The notes under the pieces were generated by a model. It did not search any database. It saw nothing but the letters and a program-made list of their open reading frames with translations, and was not told the DNA's origin. From Vermamoeba vermiformis (Eukaryota): a stretch of 64,000 bases of DNA. The translations under genes and the position numbers were made by a program. Below, in pieces: positions 27,601 through 40,733 of the stretch. The stretch's first letter is position 1; the number at the start of each line of letters is the position of its first letter. Location of the stretch: the NCBI GenBank assembly GCA_045837725.1, contig JBEWZL010000064.1, positions 186,001 to 250,000 of the forward strand, in the 5' to 3' direction.

Positions 27601-30600
27601 GCAGTCTGATCGCAGCTTGGCAGTGCTGGACTTCTTGAACGATTTGATCGCTCTCGTCGACAAGCACGTGGCTGTGGCTAAAGAGAGCATTGCCAAGGCC
27701 TCAGCAGTGTCGCCCATGCACGGTCCATTGATGGCCATTCGCTTCATTCTGAGCGAGGTCGATTTCTCGGACAAAGAAGTGAAGGCCAATGGTGAGAAGT
27801 GGCGCGCATTCCTCGCTGACTTCATTCAACGCCTGTACACTGTGCGCGATGTAGCATTCACTGTCGGTCACCCCGTCAGATACCGCTTGGATGTGGTCAA
27901 TGAAGATGACGAGAGCATGCGCCTGAATGCTCAGCTCGAGAGTGGCGATGACAATGAAGGCGAGGAAGAGGACGGTGAGTTGGACTTTGTCGAGTTCTCG
28001 CACGGTGAAGGTCAGGCCATTGTCGTCTGTGCGTGGTTGTGCTTGAAAGAAGTCAGCTTGGGTCTCGCTACAGTTGTCAAGAAGACACCTCTCGCTGATT
28101 CACGCACCATGCTCGTGTCTGAGGAGCAGATCCACTCCATCGGCAATCTCATGCTCGACTCCTTGTTGCAGATCCGCCACAAGGGTGCCATTGAGAAGTT
28201 GAGCGTGGGCTTGCAAGCAGTGAGCGAGATTTTGTTCACGTGCAGAAACCCGCAAGTCAATGCCCTGCCCATTGCTTGGCTCAACGATCTCGTCACGCGT
28301 GTGCTGTACAATTCCAAGAAACTGCTCTCACAACGCCGCAGTGCTGGTTTGCCTTACGCCTTCTTGTAAGTGATATTTGACTGGACGTTGATATTCTAAT
28401 AGCACATTAGATCCATCTTGCGAGCTGAAGTGCTGTGCAAGAAGCGCGGTGAGGCCCAAGGCGTGGTGGTGAGTTCAGATCTGCTGCACGACACATTCAG
28501 AACACTGCTCGATGTCACCAACAACAAGATGCCGCACTTGCAAGCACTCGTTGACAAGGGCGAGTTCTTCCATCAAGTGCACGCCCTCAACATCATTCGC
28601 AGCGTGTTGCGTGACAGTCAAGTGACCTTCGAGTCTGGTCCGCTCGTCGAGGCCACACTCGTCACCGTGCTCAATCTCTACGGCTCTGTGCGTTGGCCCG
28701 TGCAAAATGCTGCCACTTGTACCTTTGCAACCATTTTAGGTCGATTTGTGGCTTGGCGTCAAGCACGTCGTTCAGAAGAGGCCTCAGTGGTCAAGAGTTC
28801 AGTGAATGGCATGACACCCGCTGAATTCTTCTCGCGATTCCCGCGCATGCACAAGTTGTTGAAAGAGAAGATTGACAGTATCTTGAGTGGTGGTGCCAAT
28901 CAGCCCAATCTTGGCACCAAGGCCTCGCGTCAGACCAGTCTGTACGCCATTCTCGTCTTGTTGAGTCGTCTGCTGCCCTCACGCATGGAGAGTCCCAAAG
29001 ATCAGCACGTCGAGCAGGTCTTCTTGCCAGTCGTGCGCCAGTGCTGCACGAGCAGTGACATGATGGTGCGCACAATGGCTGCACGAGCACTTGTCCCGTT
29101 AGTGTCTTCACGCGACTTCCACGGCTTCATCACCGAGCAGCTGATTGATGCCATTCCCAACCAAGATTCTACTGCGCCGCTCAATTACAACACACTGCAC
29201 GGCATTCTGTTGCAGATTCAGATTCTCTTGCGCGGTCACGAGCCCTTGATGTTCTTCGCTGAGGCCAAAACAGCTCTCCACGAAGACATATTGCCGCGCC
29301 TGTTGACCAAGTTGTGGCTCATTTCAGACCCGCGCAGTGCTCCAGCAGTGGGCTCGGTGCTGCTAGATATTATTGCAGAGTTTGTGCTCGGTGTCAATCA
29401 GCCACACAAACAGCAGTACTTGCAACAGACACGCGAGAAGTGCGCTGCCTTCAAACAACTCAGCGAGCAAGGCATTGAACTCGCCAAACTCGTCTTGGCA
29501 CGCCCTGCCACGGGACTCTCAGTGCAGAACTTGATTCTCAACTACAATGCTCGTCGATTGGCGGCCACTATTCTGATCCACGACGCATTTGAATTGAAAT
29601 CCGGCCACGCTACTGACCTCGTGCTCAAGCTGATGGTTGATCCTGCCTATGAAGTGCGCTTGTTGACAGTCAACTACGTGAATGAACATCTGCGCAAGTG
29701 GAAAACTGGTGCCAAGAGCTCACTGCTCATTGACGTCAATCCTATTCAAGCCCTCGTATTGTCTCGCTTGGGCATGGTAGCCAATGCTAAAGTTGAGGAT
29801 CACAACGAGACTATTGTACAGCTCTTGAAGATTATGAGCGATGTTGATTTGGATCTGCCCGAACAACTCTTCTCGTCATTCTTTGAAGAGAACACAGCGG
29901 CCTCTGATGATTTGTGGAGCAAGTTGTGGACTTTCTACAACTCTAAGAGCTCACTGGTCAAAGAGGAGGGCTTCAGGGCCATGGGCTTCTATCTCAAACA
30001 GCTCTGCCAACACTTGCACACGAGCGGTCGTCAGCCCATCAAGACCAAGCTCGCTCTTGCTTTCTCACAGTGGATTGAACTCACCAACAAGCACAGTGAT
30101 GTCGATCAGCCGCTTGAAATGCGCACAATTGTTGCGGACTCGCTCATCTCCGCTGGCCTCAGTCACAAGACTCTCGCGCAAGTGTAAGCACTCTATATAT
30201 TGTGCTGTCGTTGCACGAATTAACCATCGACAGACCTGCGGGTGTGCGTGATGTCTTGGAGAAGGCTACAGTCGAGGCGTGGATGGTAGTTGTTAAATTG
30301 TTGCAAGACGATGACGATGACTTGCGCGATGTAAGTACTTGATCAGTGTCACTTGTCACGTGCTAATGAGTTCGACAGAGCGTCGCTAAATTCGCAGCTT
30401 CATTGGCCTATGAAGGCAGCAAGTTGCCCGTGCACAACAGTGTCATCGTGTCGCGCGCTATTCAACTCGCCTTTGACTATTTGACCCAACACTTCGCCTC
30501 CTCAGAGCACTACTTTGAGTATTTGATCAAGCTCGTGGTGCAATCTGAAGACATTGCTACGTCCATGAACCGTGATCACGTGGAGGACGATGTCTTGTTC

Positions 30601-31173
30601 GAGACCGAAGAGGACAACATCTTCAACGAGAACGTCTCGCTCATTCAATTCGCTACTTACCACCTCAATGAGATTTTCACCAAGCACTCTGACGGCGCTG
30701 TACTTGCCAAGCGCAAGGCTCAATTGGCTGAGCTGTTGCCCACAGCAGTGTCGTATCTCAACACTGCCATTCAGTGGATGAAACAAGCGCAGGTAAGTGT
30801 GACACTAGTGTGTTTGTTAGAATGTTTTCTTATTGTCCCTTAGGTCCACCACGACAAGCAAGTGATGTGGCTCTTGTTCGACGAGTTCAAGTTCTTGTGC
30901 TTCTATCGCGTGTTTATGACCGCACTCATCGTATTCAGAGCTCATCAAGGAGCACTCGCACAACTCCCTGCATATGAGGCCTTCAAGGCAAGTCTTGCTG
31001 AGTTCAATGCTTTGCGACACATTCACCCCGTGTTAAGCTACGTGATTGACAACTTGACTGGACTCATGGACCCTGCAGCACGTGTCACACGCAGTCACGA
31101 TCCGTACATCTCGCTCTACTTCTCGACTGGTCTCAATTTGTACAGCACGCAGTGGCAATTGACCAAACACTAA
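24636..31173 (+). CDS. THADA: THADA/Trm732 (DUF2428) HEAT-repeat protein
   Basis: NWEDP, CAWLCLKEVS, IRHKGA, RRSAGLPYAF, VHALNIIRSVLRDS, FFSRFP, VRTMAARALVP, LLQDDDDDLR, LFETEEDNIF. Confidence 0.9.
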
Positions 31174-31239
31174 ATCTTGTACAAATCACCTGAATAAAGG
31201 TTACTTTCAATCTTCGTGAGATATTATTAACAATTCTCT

Positions 31240-34200
31240 TTATTTTGAGAGGATGAGCGGGCCTGCACTGGGCTGATTGTACTGCATTCTCAACATGTCA
31301 AAACACGCTTCACGGCCTTGTGGCCTGTTCAAATTGAATACGAGTGGAATTAAGTGCTTTGATTTGTGTTTGAACAGCGCTGTGGCCAATCGTCGGGCAG
31401 GCACAAAGCGTGGCAAAAATCCTTTGATATTAGTGGCGAGTTCTAGCAGTGTCAGAGGGAATGGCTCGAACGGTGATTTGTTTTTGAGCCTCTCCAGCAC
31501 TTCAGTCACCATTTCAAACAGTGACTTTAACGACACTGCGGCTTCTTTCTCTGCGAGTGTGAACTTGACACGCGATGACTGCGCAATGGTGTTGAGCAGT
31601 CCAGTGTGCAGCAGAGTGCAGGTGAGAATGAGTGCGAGACATTGGCCTTCAATCACTGTTTTGATCTTCGGCAACCACTGCTCGAGCTCTTCAATCAAAC
31701 AGCTCAAATTGGCGACATTCGTGCTGCCTAAGATGAAGCCAGCTAACTCCGCTGTGACAATCACTTGATTAGCGCTGATTGATAGGACTGGTTGAATGAC
31801 TTACCAGCTCTGATGGCAGTGGGGTGCTGAGCAATGTATTTGTCGAGCGTGAAGTACTCGCGCAGCACGAGGTGAGTGAAGACACTGGGTCCGAGACTGT
31901 TGCAGAGACACGTGATCGTGCTCACTGGCAGCACTTGCACGGGCAATGTAACGGCGTCAATGACCTTTCTGAACACAGTGGCAATCAACTCGACTTTGGG
32001 TGTGTGTGTGAACTCGCGCTCGGGGTCCACTCCTTCAGCTGAGGCGTGTCATGAATTGGCCTTATAAGAACGAATGGACTTACCAATTACACGCTGGAAT
32101 TCAGGTCTGGCTGAGGCATTATCAAACACTTTGTCAACTGATGCTAATTGGTGCCCAATCAACATGCGCGCTGCTGCTTTGATCTGCGGAACAATATGAC
32201 ACGTGTCAGTGTTGCCAGGGTGACATTCAAAGCCACGTACCGATTCGGGAATATACGCACTAGCATTCGTGCCCTCTTCATTGGTGTTGTAGACAATGTC
32301 CAAGGACGCAGTGAAGAGTGACAGGGCCATGTCGCAGTCAGCTTGTGTCGTGTAGTATGCAGCGTTCAAGAATATTTGCAGGGCACTCGGTGAGCAGAAC
32401 GGACACTGCACAAACAACATCTCCAGTCCGTTCATTGCGTGCTCGTCGGGCAATATCTGACCCTCGCCCTTCGTTGAGGCTGTCATCATGGCCGTGAGCA
32501 TTTGTTTGAGCAGATAGGGCAGTATGCGCAGTAGTGTCCAAGCAGAGACTTTAGAACTGATGCGCTCTTGCGTGGGTTGTATCCACACGTCACGCAGCAC
32601 TGAGCTCGCGACATTCATTGAATTGTCGAGCACAATCGAGGTGAAGTTGTTGATGTAGTCAAAGTACCACCGCTCAAAGTCGTAGCTTTCAGTGCGGTTG
32701 ATCATTGGCAAGATGTGCAGCACGGCTGTTTGATTGTACGAATTGGATTTGACTTGATAGAACTCGAGCAGCATGACCAACAATGCATAGAACGAGCCAA
32801 AGTACGTGTAGGCCTCTGTGCGAGTGATGAGTGAGTTGTACTAGTGGCACGAATCATACCTTCTGAGCACTCGGCACCAAATTGATTGCAGTAATACGCC
32901 AAGTGAGAGAGCAGGCCTGGCAGTGCTGAATGGAAGTAAAATGCGCACAACAAGAGCTCAGAACACAACGCGTCGCAAAGACACGTCAACAGCGCGAGAG
33001 GACTTTGGCTGCTGGGGTTGAATATCTGTGCGTGTCAGTTGAAGTCAAATCACATTCAATAATTAGCCTTACCTTGAGTGTGAAGTCAACCACTTGCTCT
33101 TGGATGAAGAACTGAGTGCGCAGTGAATTGACAATGAGTGCCGCAGAGTTCGAGAGCACTTCATTGTTGTCGGGCTGCGCTTGGATTGTCTCCCACAACA
33201 AGTCCATTTCCTGCGAGAGTTAGACGCGTGTCAGTATCAAAGGTGTCGAAGGTGTCAAAGGTGTTAAAAGTGTCGCACTTACTTCAGGTGTCGTGAGCAC
33301 GTGTTGCTTGACAAGTGACTCAAAGTCGGTGCAACTACCTCGTGCGAGAGTTGAGATCTGTTTGTTGACTTCACTCCACACTACTTCATTGCTCTTCGAA
33401 GGCGAGGCTGGATTCGTGCTCGCGACTGATTGCACCGTGCTGATCACTTGCTGCAACTTGTCTGCTCGTGCCACTCCCCTGGCAACACACGCAGCGAACA
33501 ATTCTCCGAGCAATTGTGCGTCCAGGACTGAATCGCGGACACTGCATTAAAAAAATAAGTAAACTATCATATTACTCGTTTTAATAGTCTTACTTATCGA
33601 CGAGGTCCAGTGTTGGGATCTTTGCGCATGTACAGCGAAGTAAAGCGTGAGGTTTGAATCAGCGCTAGTTCAACATCGTCGCAGTCACGCAAGTGTTCGG
33701 GCAGTGAATTCCATCGCGGCAACAAACTTTCTGGCTCTTTTTTCGACCAATACTGCAACATCCTCGGCAGCTAAATGTGACACGTGTCAAACATAATCTT
33801 ATCTCTCATTGGTCAAATACTCACGCGTGCCAACAAGAAGCATCGTGCGCGATACCATTGCAGAGATTGGGGCAAACATTGACTCTCCAGTCTGAGTGCT
33901 GCGGCGATCAGTTCACTGCAGAACACAAATGCGCTCATGTGTCGCACTTGTCTGAAGCTTTCAAATCGCGCAATGGACTGGTCGAGCGACAAATAACGAT
34001 GGCCCAGGACCTGAAAGCGAGTGTTAGGACTAGTGATAGGATTGGTTCAAGTAGTCGCTTGCCTCTTCATGCACGAGTAAGGCCAGTGACGTCCACGGAT
34101 ACACATCTTCAGTGTACAGGGCCTGTTTGAGCAGGTGAATGCCGTACAAACTGTCTTCGAGGGGATTTTGCATCTTGAGCAGCAAATTGTTGGGCGACAT

Positions 34201-35114
34201 GATGCACTCTGATGCATCCCAGAGTGGCTTGAACAACACTTTGATGGCCATCAGCTTGCTCGATATAACGCTGTTGTACAGTGTCACGAGATTGCTTCGT
34301 AATTCGGGTAAAAATCCTGCAGGGGATTGCGTTACAGCGAGTACATTCTAACGGCAGTGGTTTGTACTAGCGTACCTGGATTTTGTTCTTTTTCAATCAA
34401 GAGCAGACACAGCAGTCGCGGCTTGGAACAGAGACTGATCACGTGCTCGAGACACGTGGACAAGTTGTTAGTGATCAGTTTGGTCTGCGTCAGCGTGATT
34501 TGACTGGTGAAAAGAATTGAGATTAATAAGGTCATATGTACAAAGGGTTTGTCTTCTTACCCCTTATGCAGCTCTTCAACGCCCGAGTATAATATTGTTT
34601 TAATACACACCATTAATAGTTCACCAATCAAGCGAAAAATTTCTTCGCCCTTTGTGTCCACAGATCCAACCTTCTTTACGACGTACAGCGAGGCCAAAAT
34701 TGCCTTGATAACTTCAAAATAATAGGGCAGTTTCTCACTGATACAAATTGAATGTGGGGACAGTGAGTCGTACAGGGCTGTTAATTGAGAAATAATTTTC
34801 GACAACAATGCTGGCAGATCTTTAATTAATCCTCGGATAATGCTCGACTTAAGCTGGTTAATTAGCTAGAATAATATGGCATTAGTAAATACTCTTAAAT
34901 ACGATAACCAGACACCAAAAATAATACAATAGCAATTTTATTTTTTGTAATTTTTTAACTATTTTTTCTGACAATACAATTGACGTACCAATATGCTAGG
35001 GTGACTACCATTGCTCAAACAATTAACTAAAATATTTTCTACTTCGGGAGTAAATTCGGCGGGATCCAGATCAACTTTGCGCGCTAACCAAGCTTGTGCA
35101 ACGGAACTCGTCAT
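31240..35114 (-). CDS. Large multi-exon alpha-helical protein, possibly Mediator tail subunit MED5/MED24/MED33
   Basis: N-terminal ILVNCLSNGSHPSILLINQLKSSI recalls the MED24 N-terminus. KVSAWTLLRILPYLLKQMLTA..AMNGLEML recalls plant MED33 (LPAWDILEAVPFVVDAALTA..LATGLKDL). Similarity is from memory only. Confidence 0.45.
33238..33275. repeat. Intronic tandem repeat, 9-bp unit (AAGGTGTCR-like) x4
   Basis: caaaggtgtc gaaggtgtc aaaggtgtt aaaagtgtc, within an intron. Confidence 0.75.
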
Positions 35115-35228
35115 GCTATTAATATTATATATACATACTATATTACAAATATATGTTGCTCGAACTATAAAACAAAAAATAAAATGAAAATATTTATTGT
35201 TCAGAAAACACTTGGCTAGGGCCTCAAG

Positions 35229-37230
35229 CTACAAGGGATATTCCTCCGTGTGGTTATTATAGTATAATGTGCAATTTGTCCACTTTAAGTCGTGCCTCAC
35301 ATGAATAACGTCGACCTGCTCGTCGGTCACGCTAGTTACCGCACCCAAATCGTGATCTGCAGCCGAGAAGTGAATCAGCGCTGTTTGCGTGGCCCCAATA
35401 GCTATGCCATAATCCTTTGTCTGTTTGATGTGCTGTTTCAAAGTATCAGACTCACTGGCCGCGATGTTGAGCACGAGCTTGATGTTAAGTGCATGACACG
35501 ATACTACAATACTATTGAGGCGTAATGAATTGCTATCTATTAAGATGAGTTAACAAGATTCAAACGAACAAAATGATCTACCTTGCAATAATAATGGACC
35601 ATCAGCCTCGCAAACTATCTGACACCTGTCACCGAGCCACCTCATGCATAATGTACATCAACTCCGCGAGATAAACAAATTCTAAGGGCACCCTACGCGC
35701 TGAGTTATTCACTGGATGTCGCGCACCTCTTTCCCTGCCCGTAGACGAGCCCTTGACATCTCGTTTGCGTTGAAGTGTTTCAGACACAACTTGAGCATAT
35801 CATACACGGCCACGGATGAGTGGTGGACAGGAAGGGCCTCAGCGGGTGCATCACGCATGTTCATCGTGCTGATAGCGGACAATAAGAGGGCTCTAATGAG
35901 GGGCGAGCTTATTCCACGATACTCACTATACCCTATTGATAGTTCAGTCAAGAGCCCTTCTCCTATCAACAGCGGCGGAATTTGTTCGATGAATTGACTG
36001 GGTAGTATCGTGGAGCTCAATGCACTGCTAAGATAAGTTACTACCTTTGAGTCCGCAAGCACAGTATGAAGTGCCTGCTGCACTGGCACGTACTCCGCGC
36101 GCACGTCTGCTGGCAACATCGTACTCGCGTAATTGATCCAACGGTCGTAGGTGTCAATACGCGGGTTGGACTGTTGAATTTTCTTGCCACAGAAACACAC
36201 CAAGCCAGCATGGCCGTCAGTTCGTTGCTGAATGTCTCTGGCAATACGCTCGTCCCAGTTCTCGAGCCCCTGGGCTTCGGCAAATTCTTCAAACAAGTCC
36301 ACTACTTGTTGTTCGGAGAAGTTCGGGCATTCGTATTTCGCTGAAAAGTGGAATGGAAATGGCGAGGAATGGGTCAATTTGAGCAAGTGAAATGTTCCAA
36401 CAGCGATCAATCCGCGCAAATATCTTTGTCGAAAACCGCGCGCTGCGAGCAACATGCTAAAAAATTGTTGGCGCAGAGAGGGCGAGGCCTGATTGAGGAC
36501 ATCAAAGTCATCGACTATCAACACCAGCTTTGCGTCCGGGTGAAAATTGTCTTCTAGCCAACACAAAAATTCAAACATGCTCGTGACACTGCGCTGAGTG
36601 CTTACAATGCCGTTTTGTCGCAGTAATTCGTCGTAAAACTCTTGCCAGAACTGATTGCTGTTGTCGTGCGTCACTACCACGCTGTAAGGACGTAATTATT
36701 AGCACTGCAGTCGTGCATTAGACATCAAAAGACGTAACCGCCGCAGTGTTATGTACAAGCAAGTGCAGCCCAATGAAATCAATTCTTCGCGCAACGCAAG
36801 CACGCGCGTTGTTTTGCCACAGCCACGAGGTCCATACATTGCTATATATCGTTGCAGGTACAGGGCTCTCCAATTGTTGAACCACATCCGGCAGAGAGTG
36901 CCGAACATCGACGTAGTACGCCTCTGCTCGTAGCATCGGATGCACCGCACCATTGCTCGCGAATATTTTCCTTCCATTCTCAGGTGCTTGTTGCGCGGAG
37001 TTACTTGGATCTGGCAGAGAATTGTCGCTGCAAGGCAAATAATGAGTATAAGTTGTAGACAGTCCGCCACGTACCTAATTTCTAAGTGAATATCATCCAT
37101 GATAAGACGTAATACTGCCTTAGATATTGGTGTAACGAGCTGTGGTGTTATTCGAAGAGTATTTGCAGACTGGACAAAAACACCTCGAAATAACTGAATA
37201 ACTTCTCGTAAACTGCCTGTTTCTGTTCAT
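35229..37230 (-). pseudogene. Crinkler-type P-loop NTPase + restriction-endonuclease-like effector with three frameshifts
   Basis: Walker A GPRGCGKT, Walker B LVLIVDDFD, TDGHAGLVCFCG, and C-terminal VPLEFVYLAEL..WL..KLVLNIAA..LKQHIKQTKDY..LIHF. Frame breaks near 36852, 35731 and 35646 have no usable introns. The 5' end is uncertain. Confidence 0.65.
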
Positions 37231-37408
37231 CATATGCACCTGTATTCTATCCTTTAGGATCAATTGTTTTAGTTTTGTAGCGATGGAGATCTACTCGTGT
37301 ACTAAGTCAGGCCGTAAGCTGTAACAGAAACCAATACATATTAATATGAATATATTTACTATATGTTCGCGGCTATGTACATGTGATGTCAGCTATTGGG
37401 ATTGAGAT

Positions 37409-37784
37409 CTATTTCTGCGGTGCATTTTTTAGTGGTTTTGTCATCTTGTCTTCCGTGCCATCAAATCCCAACATTGATAATTCTTCAGGAGCCATTAATC
37501 CGCTGTAAGAAAAGGTATTAATAACGAAATTGGAGCGCCAGTATAATTTTCAATAATATTTCAATTTTCGAAAAATTAAGTGGCGCCGCCAGGACGTACT
37601 TATTCATGCGACACTGCAAGTATCCTTTCGAATACGAACGGCAATATCGTGATACAAAATCGTTTTCTTTCAAGCATTGCATGTATTGACGCATCAGAGC
37701 ACCGCACTCGCTGTCGTGATCCAACGGAAAGCTGCCTTTCTCTGGCGGCTTAGGAGTAGCACTCTTACCCCTGGACAAGTTCAT
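37409..37784 (-). CDS. COX19: Cytochrome c oxidase assembly protein COX19
   Basis: PPEKGSFPLDHDSEC, twin Cx9C, YLQCRMN|NGLMAPEE. Confidence 0.93.
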
Positions 37785-37895
37785 GATAAGAGTTTGATAA
37801 TTAAGTGGTAGTGGTGGCGTGTTGTGTAAAATAGAAAGTGAGATCGCGATAACATTATTCTTTTGACACCAAAGCACAAACACAACGCCGCAAAT

Positions 37896-39132
37896 ATGAG
37901 TGGTCGAAGGAGGTCTAACAGTGGTTCGAAAAAGTCCACCCGGCAGAAGAAAACAGCTGATACACCAAAAAAATCGACAGATCCAGACCAGATTGCGTTT
38001 TGGGATTCAGTCTCAACAATTTTAAAATCAAATATTGATGAATTGTAAGTACATACTTAATTACTATGGCAATATATATAGCGCTAGAGCAAAAATATTC
38101 GATTTAATTGACTTTTAATGTTGGATCGAAATTATTAATGCGCATAATGCCTCAAATAAAACACCAATTGGTATTATATTAACAATATTATATTTTACAA
38201 TTAGATTACCAAAGCATTCAGCTATTTATAAACATAAACTCGATGAAAAAGAAAAACGTTTAGAAGAGACAGATGAAGAAAGAGAAGAACTCGTAAAAAG
38301 TCAAAAAACAAAGTAAGTAACAATAATAATATTTATAATATTATTGGCTATTTTTGAACACTCATTCAAAATCGCGATCTGGATTGGATCTGACCATTTT
38401 TTCAGGTTACAAGCTAATTTTACTTCACAACTATACTTCTCTATGAGTTCATTTAATTCAAGCAAAGAAGAGCCGATTAATCTGCGCATTCCTGCACCAC
38501 AAGTCGATGAGGACAAGCCGCAGCTAACAAGTGCTGAAGAAGAACGATTAGCGAAGATCATGCAGAAGAGCAAGCTTGAAAATATTGAAAAAGAATTGAC
38601 AGTGCCTGTACCTATTTCGAAGTCTGAAAAGAAGCGATTGGCTCGACAAAAGGTAGAGATCTCGTCTGGACATTGGATCCGATCCAAACGCATTCAAATT
38701 TGGTTATTAATGTACTAATCCTACTCTATAGCGAGAGAAAACAGCAGGACCAAATTGGTTCGGATTATCAGCGCCTGAAATGACTGATGAAATGAAACAA
38801 GACCTGCAGATCTTGAACTTGAGAAACTACGTCGATCCTTCCGACATTTATCGACGCCCTGAATTCAAAGAGATGCCTAAATACTTCGAGGTAATATTCA
38901 TAGAGCTCGTACTGTACTTTCAAGCCGGATCTGACTCTATTCATGCTAGGTCGGTACAGTAGTTGAGAATGCAGCTGATTACTATTCGGGTCGAGTACCG
39001 CGCAAGGAACGCAAACAACACTTTGTCGATGAAGTTATTAGCGATCAGAAGTACAAACAGTACGCCAAGCGAAAGTACCGCGAGATGCACCAAAAAGCTG
39101 AAAACTCTCGCAAGCGACAGAAGACCAAGTAA
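37896..39132 (+). CDS. FCF2: Fcf2/DNTTIP2 pre-rRNA processing protein
   Basis: TAGPNWFGLSAPEMTDEMKQDLQILNLRNYVDP, PKYFE|VGTVVE..DYYSGRVPRKERK. Confidence 0.9.
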
Positions 39133-39457
39133 TGTTAAAATAATGCGAACATATAAAGCTTAAATTGACTCTTGCCTCCGAATTCCAGTTGTACCAGCTA
39201 TATTAGCGTCATAATATTAAAAAACAAAGCTCTTCTGCATTGGTGTGTGCTGTGTGCTGCAGTAGCTCAAACGCCTCTTGACGTCATAATTGGTCTTGCT
39301 CAAGACTTTGCGAGTATTTCAATTATAACATTTAAAACGGTTATTTTTAGGTACAAAACCGAGCGGATTTATTCATCCATTTTTTGTAATCCTTCGATAT
39401 ACTACACTAATTACATGAAATTCGCAAAACGACGTTGATATGTACATTTCTCTTCGC

Positions 39458-40278
39458 TTAGAAGTAACTCTTGGCACTTCTCTTCGACGGGCAATCAAAT
39501 CCAGTTTTTAATTGTTCCAATGCACGTGCTACGCTTGCAGGGATATGCATTTTAGCATGAATAATTGCGAGCTTGCGCTTCGCTAGGGTCTTTGCTGTAG
39601 GATTGAGATCCTCTTTGAATTCCTCTTCGTAGTCTGCGTGGATCTCTTTCCATAATCGCAAAGCTGAAAAAATATTCTTCTTTTGAAACAACTCTGAGAT
39701 CTTCTTCTGTCTCGTGCTATCACGTTTAATTTCCTCGTCGGAGATTTGCACTGTTGATTCTGCCTCGCGATAATACCAATTTTCTAACTGTAAAACACAA
39801 GATTTAGCGTCAGATCACAAAATCATTTCAAAATCATAAATTAATTGCTGCTGGCAATATTTCTCACCTGTGGTAATGATATATCAGCATTAGCAACGTG
39901 TTGTCTATCAGCTCCAGAGAGAATCTGAAATGCTTCTAACAAGATGTCATTTTCGAGCTGCTCATCAAAGATTGTGACTACGAGATTAATTAGAACTAAT
40001 CATGACCGTAGTAGTTACATTTAATACTTACCTAATTGTTTGAATTGCGCAAGACCAAATCCGTTCTTTGCAAGCAGATTATATATTTCTTTCAAACCTC
40101 CTTTACAATACAATGATTAATACATGTGCTTGTATATATTTCCGTGCTCATATCCCGACGATTATTACGTACCTTCACAATAATTCGAGGTTTTTTCTTC
40201 AGCATGCGCTCCACAACCAAACACTTTGGCCAACTTGCCTGACAGGACAGGTGTTGCTGAGGATCTGACTTGAGCCAT
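39458..40278 (-). CDS. Hypothetical protein (~200 aa, 4 exons)
   Basis: Phase-compatible GT-AG introns join MAQVRSSATP..NYCEG|GLKEIYNLL..|VTIFDEQLEND..|LENWYYRE..SYF*. No recognisable family. Confidence 0.55.
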
Positions 40279-40733
40279 GAGTTGTGGTGTCAAGTGTAAA
40301 GTATAAGTAAAATGCGGAGTGAACCGTTTCAAACAATTTAAATTCTGCTGGTTCACAAAAATTTAATCTCTTGTAGATCTCTCGCACTTTTTCTTGGGTC
40401 ACTACGGAATCTGCCGAAAACATCTTTTACGGCATGCAAAGTACATCAGGTAGATACTCTACGAGGCGTTTCTAGTCTTTGTTGATACACGCCACACCAC
40501 AGATAAATTTTAAATCGCGTGGATGAATTCCCGTAGCCTTAATTGGCATTCAGAAACTGCCGAACATCGAGCAATCTGAACTAATGAATATCAGGACACT
40601 GCGGCAACAGTGCAATGATTAATAAGATGAATTGTGGAAAGTTAATAATTTTATTTTGTACATTGTTGCGTCGATTTATCCGAGGAGAATTTCCGCTATT
40701 CGGCACGTTCATATGAATATAAAATCAGTCACT

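Noticed and set aside
40279-40423. ORF MFSADSVVTQEKV.. as first exon of the orphan gene
   Set aside because: It is out of frame with the downstream exons and has no convincing splice solution. ATG 40278 gives a consistent model.
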